Below are positions 17,345 through 25,351 of a stretch of DNA of 64,000 bases, one piece after another. This stretch comes from a virus. Its lineage: Duplodnaviria > Caudoviricetes. The stretch's first letter is position 1. Each line of letters opens with the position of its first letter. The stretch is from IMG/VR virus record IMGVR_UViG_3300028888_000005, positions 36,590 to 100,589 of that record. One strand, written 5' to 3'. Made by a program: the position numbers and the translations under genes. A model generated the notes under the pieces. That model had not been told where the DNA came from. It searched no databases and worked only from the letters and a program-made list of their open reading frames with translations.

Positions 17345-19368
17345 TCTTTTTCATCACAAACCGTGGATATACTGGTGCCCATCAGAGGATAAGTGTGGAG
17401 GATAGTCTCTCCGCACTGTCCTCTATGGACATTATCAGTGTTGACACGGAGACTACAGGTCTAGACCCGCATAAGGACACTATCCTTTCCCTTCAGCTCG
17501 GCAACAAGGAAGACCAGTACGTAATCGATTGCACAAGTGTGGACATCGAGAACTACAGGCCCATCCTGGAGAACAAAGACAAGCTGTTGCTCCTATGGAA
17601 CGCTAAGTTTGATTTGCAGTTCTTCTTCAAGCACAAGATTGTGCCGTACAAGGTATGGGACGGATATGTGGTTGAGCAGTTGATGCACCTCGGCCTTTCA
17701 CACCAGGAGTACAGCGCATCATTAAAGACAGCGTGCAAGACGTACCTCGGTGTGGACATGGATAAAACCATACGAGGTCAAATCAACTGGAAGGGACTGA
17801 GCGACGATGTCATCACCTATGCGGCAGGAGACGTAGAGCATCTTGAACGCATCATGGACTTACAGAAATCCAAACTCGCTAAACTTGGGCTCACAAAGGC
17901 TGTGCCTTACGAGAACAAATTTGTGATACCGTTGGCTTACATGGAGTATTGTGGTATCCGCATGGACACTGAGCGATGGAAGGCTAAGATGGCGCAAGAC
18001 GCTAAGCGCAGAGACGAAGCCCTGCTCAAGTGTAACATGTGGATTGTCAACCACTTCAAGGAAGGTGACCACATCTGGGTCGGTGATATTAAGAAGCGAA
18101 AGGTCATGCTGGTGTGGATTAACCGTGAAGGCAACCTGTGGACAGGATATGACCTCACACCGCAAGTAGGCTTGAACTGGAACAGTACAGACCACATGAC
18201 TACTCTGTTCAATATGCTTGGCGTAGACACGTCACAAGGAATAGAAGCTGACCTACTGAAGAAGCAGAAGGACAAGTGTTCGCTTATTCCTCTGTACGTG
18301 GCTTATAAGGAAGCAGCCAAAGCTACATCAGCATTTGGGCAGAACTTCTTAGACCAGCTTGATGAGGAGAGCAGGATTCACACTCGCTTTCATCAGTTCG
18401 GCACTAAGACAGGACGTATCTCGTCTGGTGGAAAAGACGGAAGCAGTCAGAAAGTAAATCTGCTGAACCTGCCACGAGATGCAGAAACCAGAGCCTGCTT
18501 TGTGTCTAACCCAGGCAACAAGTTTGTCAGCATCGACTATTCAGGTCAGGAGTCATTCATCATGGCTGATATTACTGGTGACAAGGCTATGCTTGACGAG
18601 CTGAACCATGGCGAAGGTGATATGCATACCCTGTCAGCCAAGATGTTGTACGATATCCCTAAGGACATGAAAGCGTCTGAGGTGAAGAAGAAGTTCCATG
18701 ATGAGCGACAACAGGCAAAGACGCTTGAGTTCGCTGTATTCTACGGCTCACAAGGAATGGCTGTAGCCAATAAGCTGAACCTATCCAACGAGGAAGCCAG
18801 CGAACTGTATGAGAAGTTCATGGATGGCTTCAGCGGATTAAGGACCTATCAGGACTTCCGCCGTAAGGATTGGACAGATAAAGGCTATATCCTGATCAAT
18901 AAGAAGACTGGACATAAATCATTCGTATCCCACTTCGGTGAATACAAGAAGGATGCTAAGGAGTTTAGCGGAAACGCTTTCTGGAATGAATACCGTACAA
19001 GGAAGAAAGAGAACATACATGACCCGTTAGTGCAACGTGTTCGTGAGTTCTCCAAGCGTAAAAGCGGTATTGAACGTAACTCAATTAACTATCCTGTTCA
19101 GGGCACGGGAGCGCTGTGCATGAAGACAGCGATGGTTAATTTCTTTGAATGGCTGCGCAGGGAAGGACTTCTGTTTAAGGTCCTACTCTGTGTCATGCCC
19201 TATGATGAAGTGTGCTTTGAGGCACCGGATGCCGTAGCAGACAAATGCGCAAACAAGATGCGTGAGTGCATGGTGAAGTCCGGTGCATACTTTGTAACCA
19301 AATGCAGCCTAGACGCTGAAATCTCTTATGACGAAGCTGGCAAGCTGCCTAATTATTGGATTCATTAA
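17341..19368 (+). CDS. polA: Family A DNA polymerase with 3'-5' exonuclease domain
   Basis: DTETTG, NAKFD, YAAGD; TKTGRISS, DYSGQE, RQQAKTLEFAVFYG, NYPVQG, PYDE. Confidence 0.95.
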   Translation: MIFFITNRGYTGAHQRISVEDSLSALSSMDIISVDTETTGLDPHKDTILSLQLGNKEDQYVIDCTSVDIENYRPILENKDKLLLLWNAKFDLQFFFKHKIVPYKVWDGYVVEQLMHLGLSHQEYSASLKTACKTYLGVDMDKTIRGQINWKGLSDDVITYAAGDVEHLERIMDLQKSKLAKLGLTKAVPYENKFVIPLAYMEYCGIRMDTERWKAKMAQDAKRRDEALLKCNMWIVNHFKEGDHIWVGDIKKRKVMLVWINREGNLWTGYDLTPQVGLNWNSTDHMTTLFNMLGVDTSQGIEADLLKKQKDKCSLIPLYVAYKEAAKATSAFGQNFLDQLDEESRIHTRFHQFGTKTGRISSGGKDGSSQKVNLLNLPRDAETRACFVSNPGNKFVSIDYSGQESFIMADITGDKAMLDELNHGEGDMHTLSAKMLYDIPKDMKASEVKKKFHDERQQAKTLEFAVFYGSQGMAVANKLNLSNEEASELYEKFMDGFSGLRTYQDFRRKDWTDKGYILINKKTGHKSFVSHFGEYKKDAKEFSGNAFWNEYRTRKKENIHDPLVQRVREFSKRKSGIERNSINYPVQGTGALCMKTAMVNFFEWLRREGLLFKVLLCVMPYDEVCFEAPDAVADKCANKMRECMVKSGAYFVTKCSLDAEISYDEAGKLPNYWIH

Positions 19369-19688
19369 TGACTGAACAAGAAACCAGGAACCCTGATGTT
19401 CCCATCGAGACCGTATTTAAGTGGAAGCAAGTTGAGTGTTGGAAACTACGTAACGAGAACAGGAAGCTGAAAGCGACTGTTGAGTCCCTGCGCAGAAACA
19501 TCACTATGATGCTGCGTGATAAGGAAACCCGCAAAGAAGTGGCCAAAGAAGCCGCTGTAAGGCGTAGGACAATAGAGATCAACAAACTCAACGAAAAGCT
19601 CCACAACGCATACGAGAGCATTGAACAACTTATACAAACCAAACTAAAACTGGAGGCAAAACTGAAGGAGTATGAAGAATGCATGTAA
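19368..19688 (+). CDS. Hypothetical coiled-coil protein
   Basis: TAATG coupling to polA. Confidence 0.7.
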   Translation: MTEQETRNPDVPIETVFKWKQVECWKLRNENRKLKATVESLRRNITMMLRDKETRKEVAKEAAVRRRTIEINKLNEKLHNAYESIEQLIQTKLKLEAKLKEYEECM

Positions 19689-19902
19689 GGCAATGGCGCA
19701 ATTTGCTGCGTCACTAGAGACTGCCCATGACGAGTGGGCAAAGAACAACGTACCTAAATCCACGCTTGATGCGGTAGAGCATCTTGTCAGCAAGTACGGA
19801 GGTATAGACAACCTGCTGATGATGCTGGCTGTGCTTATCACAAAGCCAGAGGATAAGGACGATGAGTATCCACCAATCAACTTCCTGAAAAGTGAAGGGT
19901 AA
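19672..19902 (+). CDS. Hypothetical protein
   Basis: ORF track. Confidence 0.6.
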   Translation: MKNACKAMAQFAASLETAHDEWAKNNVPKSTLDAVEHLVSKYGGIDNLLMMLAVLITKPEDKDDEYPPINFLKSEG

Positions 19903-20314
19903 ACCAGTGAACCGAGTTGAGCTCCTGCACGCTATCAATGAATGGTGTGCAGGGGTATTCAACCCGTTGATATCATTTCCTGATGTCAATGGGTATCCTA
20001 ATGTAGTGTATCTGTTTGACAAGAACAACAGAGAGATGCTGGAAGATGCCGAACTGCTCATCCAGCATATACAGAAAAGACTGAAACAACCAGTAATGGT
20101 ATTCATTGAACCGTTTGATAACGCACCAAAAGCAGCGTTAACATATAAGCAATGGATAGAGGCAGGAGACAAGATGAAAGCAATAGACTTAAACACAAAT
20201 GAACAGGTATATGTAATGCCTGTATATGATGACAACGGCAGTATAGCCAAGTATGTAAGCAGTAACAAATCGTATAACCCAACTGATCTTAAATTATTTG
20301 ACAATCAACTATGA
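19892..20314 (+). CDS. Hypothetical protein
   Basis: ORF track. Confidence 0.6.
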   Translation: MKGKPVNRVELLHAINEWCAGVFNPLISFPDVNGYPNVVYLFDKNNREMLEDAELLIQHIQKRLKQPVMVFIEPFDNAPKAALTYKQWIEAGDKMKAIDLNTNEQVYVMPVYDDNGSIAKYVSSNKSYNPTDLKLFDNQL

Positions 20315-20952
20315 AGAAGTTTTTATTAATGCTGTTCTTGAGTGCAGCTTTTACAACTCAAGCAATTGAACAGGTAACAGTCTCTTATGGGCCTAACTGG
20401 AATGGGTGTGTTACTTTACCTGCGACAGAAGACACTGTTACATTGAGAGTGGAGATTCATCACTGGGATTACGTTCTTGATGAATTTTCATTAGAGTTCT
20501 GTATGCCTGATGGATTAGAACTTATGTCAATCAGCAGAGGCAGAGACCTTAATGTGGTGGTATTTGATGAACAAGGTGAGCCTTATACTTATTTAACGCC
20601 TATCCAAGTGGATGATAATCATGTATCATGCAAGATAACTGATCTAGGCTATGAAGATTTAGATGGTGATGGAACCTTTGAATCTTATGGAACAATTAAA
20701 TTCCCTGAAGGCAACCAAGAGGTATTACTCATCAATGTAATTATACATGATAACTTTGAGAAAGGAGTTATTACTGTTAATGGATACTTTAACTCTACTA
20801 GTGATCAACGACTATATACTCCTACCTGCAGATTATTTGAGTTTACTTCTTATTCATTCGTTATGATAGACTATAAAAATGGAGATGTGAATCACGATGG
20901 AGAAGTAACTATATCTGATGTAACAACACTTATTGACAATTTAATGAGATAG
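20311..20952 (+). CDS. Secreted protein with cohesin-like beta-sandwich and a C-terminal dockerin-like repeat
   Basis: Signal peptide MKKFLLMLFLSAAFTTQA; C-terminal GDVNHDGEVTISDVTTLIDNL (dockerin type I Ca-binding repeat); ends at 20958 if the TAG is read through. Confidence 0.7.
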   Translation: MKKFLLMLFLSAAFTTQAIEQVTVSYGPNWNGCVTLPATEDTVTLRVEIHHWDYVLDEFSLEFCMPDGLELMSISRGRDLNVVVFDEQGEPYTYLTPIQVDDNHVSCKITDLGYEDLDGDGTFESYGTIKFPEGNQEVLLINVIIHDNFEKGVITVNGYFNSTSDQRLYTPTCRLFEFTSYSFVMIDYKNGDVNHDGEVTISDVTTLIDNLMR

Positions 20953-20954
20953 TT

Positions 20955-21545
20955 ATGAACTACTACATTCAAGGCGATGCAGCAAACGCCGACAAAATCA
21001 AGGCTGCGTTTGAAAAACTGGGGTATGACACATCAAGGCATCTTTTCAATGTCAAGTCAGTTTTGTACTTCACACTTGATGGTAGAATTAGGGCTACAAC
21101 TTGCAACTGTACTCCTGCTATCATCAAGACCCACCCCGACTACCAGGAGTTGGAGTTACCAGTTCAACCCAAGTTCAAGGTTGGTGATTCGTTGCAATCA
21201 GGTTCTCATTTTACCAAGATTCTATCCATAAACCTTGAAGAAGGGAGGTATTATTGCGATAATCACATCATTTCATTTAAGAACCAAGACTTGTGGCATC
21301 TTGCGCCGAAGCCTCACTATGACATCAAGAACTTCAAACCATTTCAGAAGGTGCTTGTGAGGGATGCAGATGATGGTAAGTGGATGGCTGCTTTTTATAG
21401 CCATTACATGTATGAGGAGAAAGGTTATCCTTGCCAATTTGCTACGATTGGTACTGATATTTATGAACAGTGCATTCCCTTTGAAGGGAATGAGCATTTG
21501 TTTAGAACTATCGATATGTGTGATGAAATGTACATTAACTGGTAA
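20955..21545 (+). CDS. Bacteroidales phage hypothetical protein
   Basis: FKPFQKVLVRD...W...FYSH...CIPFEGNEHL motif familiar from Bacteroides/Prevotella phages. Confidence 0.75.
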   Translation: MNYYIQGDAANADKIKAAFEKLGYDTSRHLFNVKSVLYFTLDGRIRATTCNCTPAIIKTHPDYQELELPVQPKFKVGDSLQSGSHFTKILSINLEEGRYYCDNHIISFKNQDLWHLAPKPHYDIKNFKPFQKVLVRDADDGKWMAAFYSHYMYEEKGYPCQFATIGTDIYEQCIPFEGNEHLFRTIDMCDEMYINW

Positions 21546-21742
21546 AGATTATGGACTCAACGGATTGAGGTTAATACACATCACGCATCCAGTGTATTCC
21601 AAGACCACATTGCGCCTGACATGAAGGAGTTTCGTGATATTGAGAAGAAAAACCAAGAACTTCTTATGCCTGTCATTAAATGGCAAAGGAGATTAGTTGG
21701 TGCTGATAACCCAACGTGTGAAACAACTAACAAGGACTGATC

Positions 21743-21931
21743 ATGAAGTTTATATTTCTGATTTTACTGATAACAGGAGTATCCTTGTTATCCTATTATA
21801 AGATGTTTGACGCTCTAACCATTACTGGGGGTTGGGCATGGTTTGGACTTTTATGTATCATCTACTTTGTAGGCGATACGTTGGAAGAACTTGGTAAGTG
21901 GATTGGAAAGAGAAGAAACAAAAAGGCTTGA
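21743..21931 (+). CDS. Small two-TM membrane peptide with basic C-terminus
   Basis: Two hydrophobic stretches and a KRRNKKA tail. Confidence 0.65.
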   Translation: MKFIFLILLITGVSLLSYYKMFDALTITGGWAWFGLLCIIYFVGDTLEELGKWIGKRRNKKA

Positions 21932-21985
21932 GCGATGCCCAAGCCAAGTGTCTTAAAGAAGTATCTGACAAAAGTTCAATTATGT
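21918..21985 (-). ncRNA. Putative short convergent antisense RNA
   Basis: TATCTTTG at 21991-21998 (-), internal hairpin ctgaca...tgtcag, terminator ggcttg...caagcc followed by UUUUU. Confidence 0.5.
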
Positions 21986-22025
21986 CAGTGCAAAGATAAC
22001 AATTATTTTATAAATCACAAAAAAT

Positions 22026-22448
22026 ATGAAGGTAAAATTTGATTTTAGTCCTTGCTTGACCTTTCACGGTTGGGAGGACTACAACTACTACAATATCATT
22101 CCAAGACTAACCCTGTTTACTGCACCAAGATTCCGCAGCAACTGGGACGAGACACTTATCGGCAAGCACTTCGATTTAACTATAGGGTGGTTGGTGTTTG
22201 AGGTTAGCGTCGGGATGGAATGTCTTTGGAAAGAACCTGCTGCTCCTAAGTTCAATGTTGGAGACCATATTTGCAACGAGGATTGCCATGATGCGGTTGT
22301 TGAAGCGGTAAACTTTGACAAAGTGAGTGATGGTCATTGGTGTTACGAATGTATTGACCTTGATCCAAATAGTGAGGATTACAACAAGTATTTCTACATC
22401 AATGCCGAGATTGAACATTTGTGGTACTTTAAAACCAGAAAGTTATGA
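22026..22448 (+). CDS. Hypothetical protein
   Basis: ORF track. Confidence 0.7.
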   Translation: MKVKFDFSPCLTFHGWEDYNYYNIIPRLTLFTAPRFRSNWDETLIGKHFDLTIGWLVFEVSVGMECLWKEPAAPKFNVGDHICNEDCHDAVVEAVNFDKVSDGHWCYECIDLDPNSEDYNKYFYINAEIEHLWYFKTRKL

Positions 22449-22729
22449 TAGCAAGGATTAAAGCGACAGGTAAATTTATTGATGTAGTTCCTTATGGCGA
22501 TGAGTATGTTTAGTTGTTCCCTGAAGGATCTTTTAAATTTTACACAAAAGATGAATTGGACTTTCGTGTGGACATTGATTGGCAGCACTACCGCATCCAA
22601 GCGGCTATTGAATTTGCTGCGCAGATACTTGGAAATCACGGAGGCGCACCTACATCCGTTGCCAAAGATGCGGTTGATTATGCCGATGCTTTGGTGGCAG
22701 AACTTCAAAAGAAAGGAGAACAACAATGA
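22445..22729 (+). CDS. Phage protein of the W.HYRIQAAI...AVDYADAL family with an in-frame TAG at 22511-22513
   Basis: MIARIKATGKFIDVVPYGDEYV*LFPEG...IDWQHYRIQAAI...AVDYADALVAELQKK; ATGA-coupled start lies upstream of the TAG. Confidence 0.7.
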
Positions 22730-22893
22730 AACCGAGTAAGGGAATAGTAGTCACATTCCTTAAAGGGAAGGACGGATTGTGGCATTCATATACAGCATAC
22801 GCTGAGGATGTTGACTATGAAACAATGGTCAAATTCATGGATTGTATAGGCAATGCGGTTGATGTGCTTAACAAGAAAGGAGGAGAGAAATGA
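22726..22893 (+). CDS. Small hypothetical protein (55 aa)
   Basis: MKPSKGIVVTF...LNKKGGEK with ATGA overlaps at both ends. Confidence 0.7.
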   Translation: MKPSKGIVVTFLKGKDGLWHSYTAYAEDVDYETMVKFMDCIGNAVDVLNKKGGEK

Positions 22894-23558
22894 ACTTCGG
22901 CGACGTGTTTATGGCATTCTTCTTAGGGATGCCACTTGACAAAGAGGAATTTGATAAATTCTTCGACGAGTATTTTGTCAAGTACTTCCAAGATAATCCT
23001 AACGGCTATGACGAGGCAATGAGGCTTATTGACGAGCAATTCCCAGCAGATTCAAAAGATATGATAAGAGAGAGAATGAATAAGATTTACGAACAATCAA
23101 AGAAAGGAGGAAAAATGATAGCAACTAACATCGAACAGTCAAAGCATCTGCTTGAACTTGGGTTAGACCCAAAGACAGCGGATATGTTTTGGAAGTATTC
23201 TGCATCATTAGGCAACACCGACATCAACGGAAAGATTGCCGTAAGTTACCACGATAATCTTTTTGTCGGTAAATATGATGGTGCTATCCCTGCTTGGTCA
23301 CTCACCGCATTGCTTGGGGTGATGCCGAAAGTCATCGTACATGATATGGACAAACACGTCCTTTGCTTTAAATATGCGGAAGGTGTCGCACCATTCATGT
23401 ACTATGTTGTAGAAAGTGGAAGAAACAAAGGTAAGTTGATTAGGTTTGACAATGGCAGATGTGTGCCCGATGCCTATGACGCTTTAGACGCAGCCTACAC
23501 AATGGTGTGCTGGCTCCTTGAACAAGGACTGATTAAGAAAGGAGGCAACGATGAGTAA
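22890..23558 (+). CDS. Hypothetical protein, probably a fusion of two cassette genes (second start at 23115)
   Basis: Internal KKGGK-MIATNIEQSKHLLELG junction. Confidence 0.65.
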   Translation: MNFGDVFMAFFLGMPLDKEEFDKFFDEYFVKYFQDNPNGYDEAMRLIDEQFPADSKDMIRERMNKIYEQSKKGGKMIATNIEQSKHLLELGLDPKTADMFWKYSASLGNTDINGKIAVSYHDNLFVGKYDGAIPAWSLTALLGVMPKVIVHDMDKHVLCFKYAEGVAPFMYYVVESGRNKGKLIRFDNGRCVPDAYDALDAAYTMVCWLLEQGLIKKGGNDE

Positions 23559-23715
23559 GCCAATGGTTGTAATTCCTAAAGAGGAGTACGATAGATTGCT
23601 TGGCATTGAGCGTGGATTGATGGATTTGCTTGAGCGTCAACGGGCAGAATATACCCAGACTATACATTGCCAAATGGCACAACAGGCGATAAATATAGTA
23701 ACACAACAGATGTAA
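23551..23715 (+). CDS. Small hypothetical protein (54 aa)
   Basis: MSKPMVVIPKEEYDRLL... Confidence 0.65.
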   Translation: MSKPMVVIPKEEYDRLLGIERGLMDLLERQRAEYTQTIHCQMAQQAINIVTQQM

Positions 23716-23720
23716 TAATC

Positions 23721-23903
23721 ATGGATGAGATTGAAATTAAAATCACATTTTCAGACAACCTTTGTGGTTGCGAGATAACCAAGAGTGGAAAAACCGAACA
23801 ATTTGAGAAACTTAAGCGCAAAGAACAAATTCACGTTTGCAATGCTTTGGCGCAGTTCTACAAACTGTTTGTTCCGGTTATTAAGGAAGATGACAATGAG
23901 TGA
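23721..23903 (+). CDS. Small hypothetical protein
   Basis: ATG at 23721 within the track ORF. Confidence 0.6.
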   Translation: MDEIEIKITFSDNLCGCEITKSGKTEQFEKLKRKEQIHVCNALAQFYKLFVPVIKEDDNE

Positions 23904-24159
23904 ACAAGAAATAATAGACAACTGGCTTAATATGAGGCAACAACCAGTACAACTGGCTACACAAGACGCTTGCTGGCAGCACTACCACATTCAGGCTGCT
24001 ATTGCTGCGATGCAAGCAGAATTAAGCAATCCTAACAATACTTTTATGATGTGTGAAGATAAGCGGACTATCATTGTGTAGAGTGCTGTTGATTATGCAG
24101 ATGCTTTGATTGAAGAACTTCAAAAGAAAACAGGACAAGATGACAACAGAAGAGATTAA
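23896..24159 (+). CDS. Paralog of 22445..22729 with an in-frame TAG at 24079-24081
   Basis: WQHYHIQAAIAAMQ...TIIV*SAVDYADALIEELQKK; homology continues past the TAG. Confidence 0.7.
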
Positions 24160-24262
24160 ACAAGAAGCCGCTAAGCATTACCTGCCAGGATCAGCAAGTT
24201 ACGTTGCATACTGTCGTGGTGCTGAATGGGCATTTTCAAAGAAAGATGAGAGTACCGAGTAA
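24140..24262 (+). CDS. Small hypothetical protein (40 aa)
   Basis: MTTEEIKQEAAKHY...AYCRGAEWA. Confidence 0.6.
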   Translation: MTTEEIKQEAAKHYLPGSASYVAYCRGAEWAFSKKDESTE

Positions 24263-24611
24263 CCTAATGGAGCTGGTCAATGATACAGTGACCAGGGTAT
24301 GTGCAGCTACTGGTGTGTCAAAGTGCAGAATAATGTCCCGAGAACGAAGTGCGCCTGTGGCTACTGTAAGGTTCATGGTGTATTACATCCTATGCAAGCA
24401 CCATAAGCTTTCCTGCTCACATGTCGGTAAGGCGTTAGGCAGAACACATGCCACAGTTATGCATGGCATTAAAGTGGCTGAATACTGGCTTAATCCTGGT
24501 ATTAGAGACTGGGATAGTAAACTTAACGGAGAAAAGCTAACGCAGATAATAAACGAACTAAATTCAGAAAACGAAGAACTAAAACAACAAAACGATGCTG
24601 ACAAACCTTGA
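24246..24611 (+). CDS. Stand-alone DnaA domain IV-like (Bac_DnaA_C) HTH protein
   Basis: IMSRERSAPVATVRFMVYY...VGKALGRTHATVMHG. Confidence 0.75.
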   Translation: MRVPSNLMELVNDTVTRVCAATGVSKCRIMSRERSAPVATVRFMVYYILCKHHKLSCSHVGKALGRTHATVMHGIKVAEYWLNPGIRDWDSKLNGEKLTQIINELNSENEELKQQNDADKP

Positions 24612-24795
24612 ACAGCAAACGCTAAGCCTAATTAAGGCTGCATGTAAACAGTACATCAGTGAGGAGGACAAATGGGAGCAGAGGCGATGGGAGCTGGCTA
24701 CTCGCCTATATGCTGATGTGTGGAACGGAAACGCTGAAGCCGCTATACAGGCTGCTGATGGTTTCATAGAACAATACAAAAAGACACTGAAATGA
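24595..24795 (+). CDS. Third, more distant member of the WEQRR/ADAL family
   Basis: WEQRRWELA...AAIQAADGFIEQYKK. Confidence 0.65.
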   Translation: MLTNLEQQTLSLIKAACKQYISEEDKWEQRRWELATRLYADVWNGNAEAAIQAADGFIEQYKKTLK

Positions 24796-25349
24796 AACAA
24801 GAAACTATTATTCACCTATTTATAACGAACGCGTGCAGACATAATTGTCCGTTATGCTGCAATAAGCTGTATAATATCGATGAGATACCTGTGGTGACAG
24901 TTGAATTGCTCAAGAAGGCAACAACTGTATGTCTAACAGGCGGCGAGCCATTCAGTATTAATCCTATGATACTTGGCCCGTTTATCAGAAACTTACGCAA
25001 CCAGTACAAAAACATTGAGAACCTGTACATATACACAAGCGGGTATGATCTTATGATTGCTAAACTTATGTTACCAAGTCTTATAAAAGAAGGGTATATC
25101 GATGGTATTAATGTAGCGCCTAAGGACAATGAGAACTGGAACTCATTCTACTCTGCGTTGCTTACACATCCTGATATCTTTCGTGGAAAGTCTAACAGGT
25201 TGTATGTGTTTGACGAACAACGCAGTAAGTTTGACAATCTAAGCATCTCATTTAAAGATGTGAACATTGAGGTCCTTGGCCGTAAATGGCAACAGACATT
25301 CAATACACCAGACAATGAACATTTCGTAAGACTACCAATTCTATTTTGA
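24792..25349 (+). CDS. Small radical SAM protein
   Basis: CxxxCxxC (CRHNCPLC), LTGGEP, YTSG. Confidence 0.85.
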   Translation: MKQETIIHLFITNACRHNCPLCCNKLYNIDEIPVVTVELLKKATTVCLTGGEPFSINPMILGPFIRNLRNQYKNIENLYIYTSGYDLMIAKLMLPSLIKEGYIDGINVAPKDNENWNSFYSALLTHPDIFRGKSNRLYVFDEQRSKFDNLSISFKDVNIEVLGRKWQQTFNTPDNEHFVRLPILF

Positions 25350-25351
25350 GC

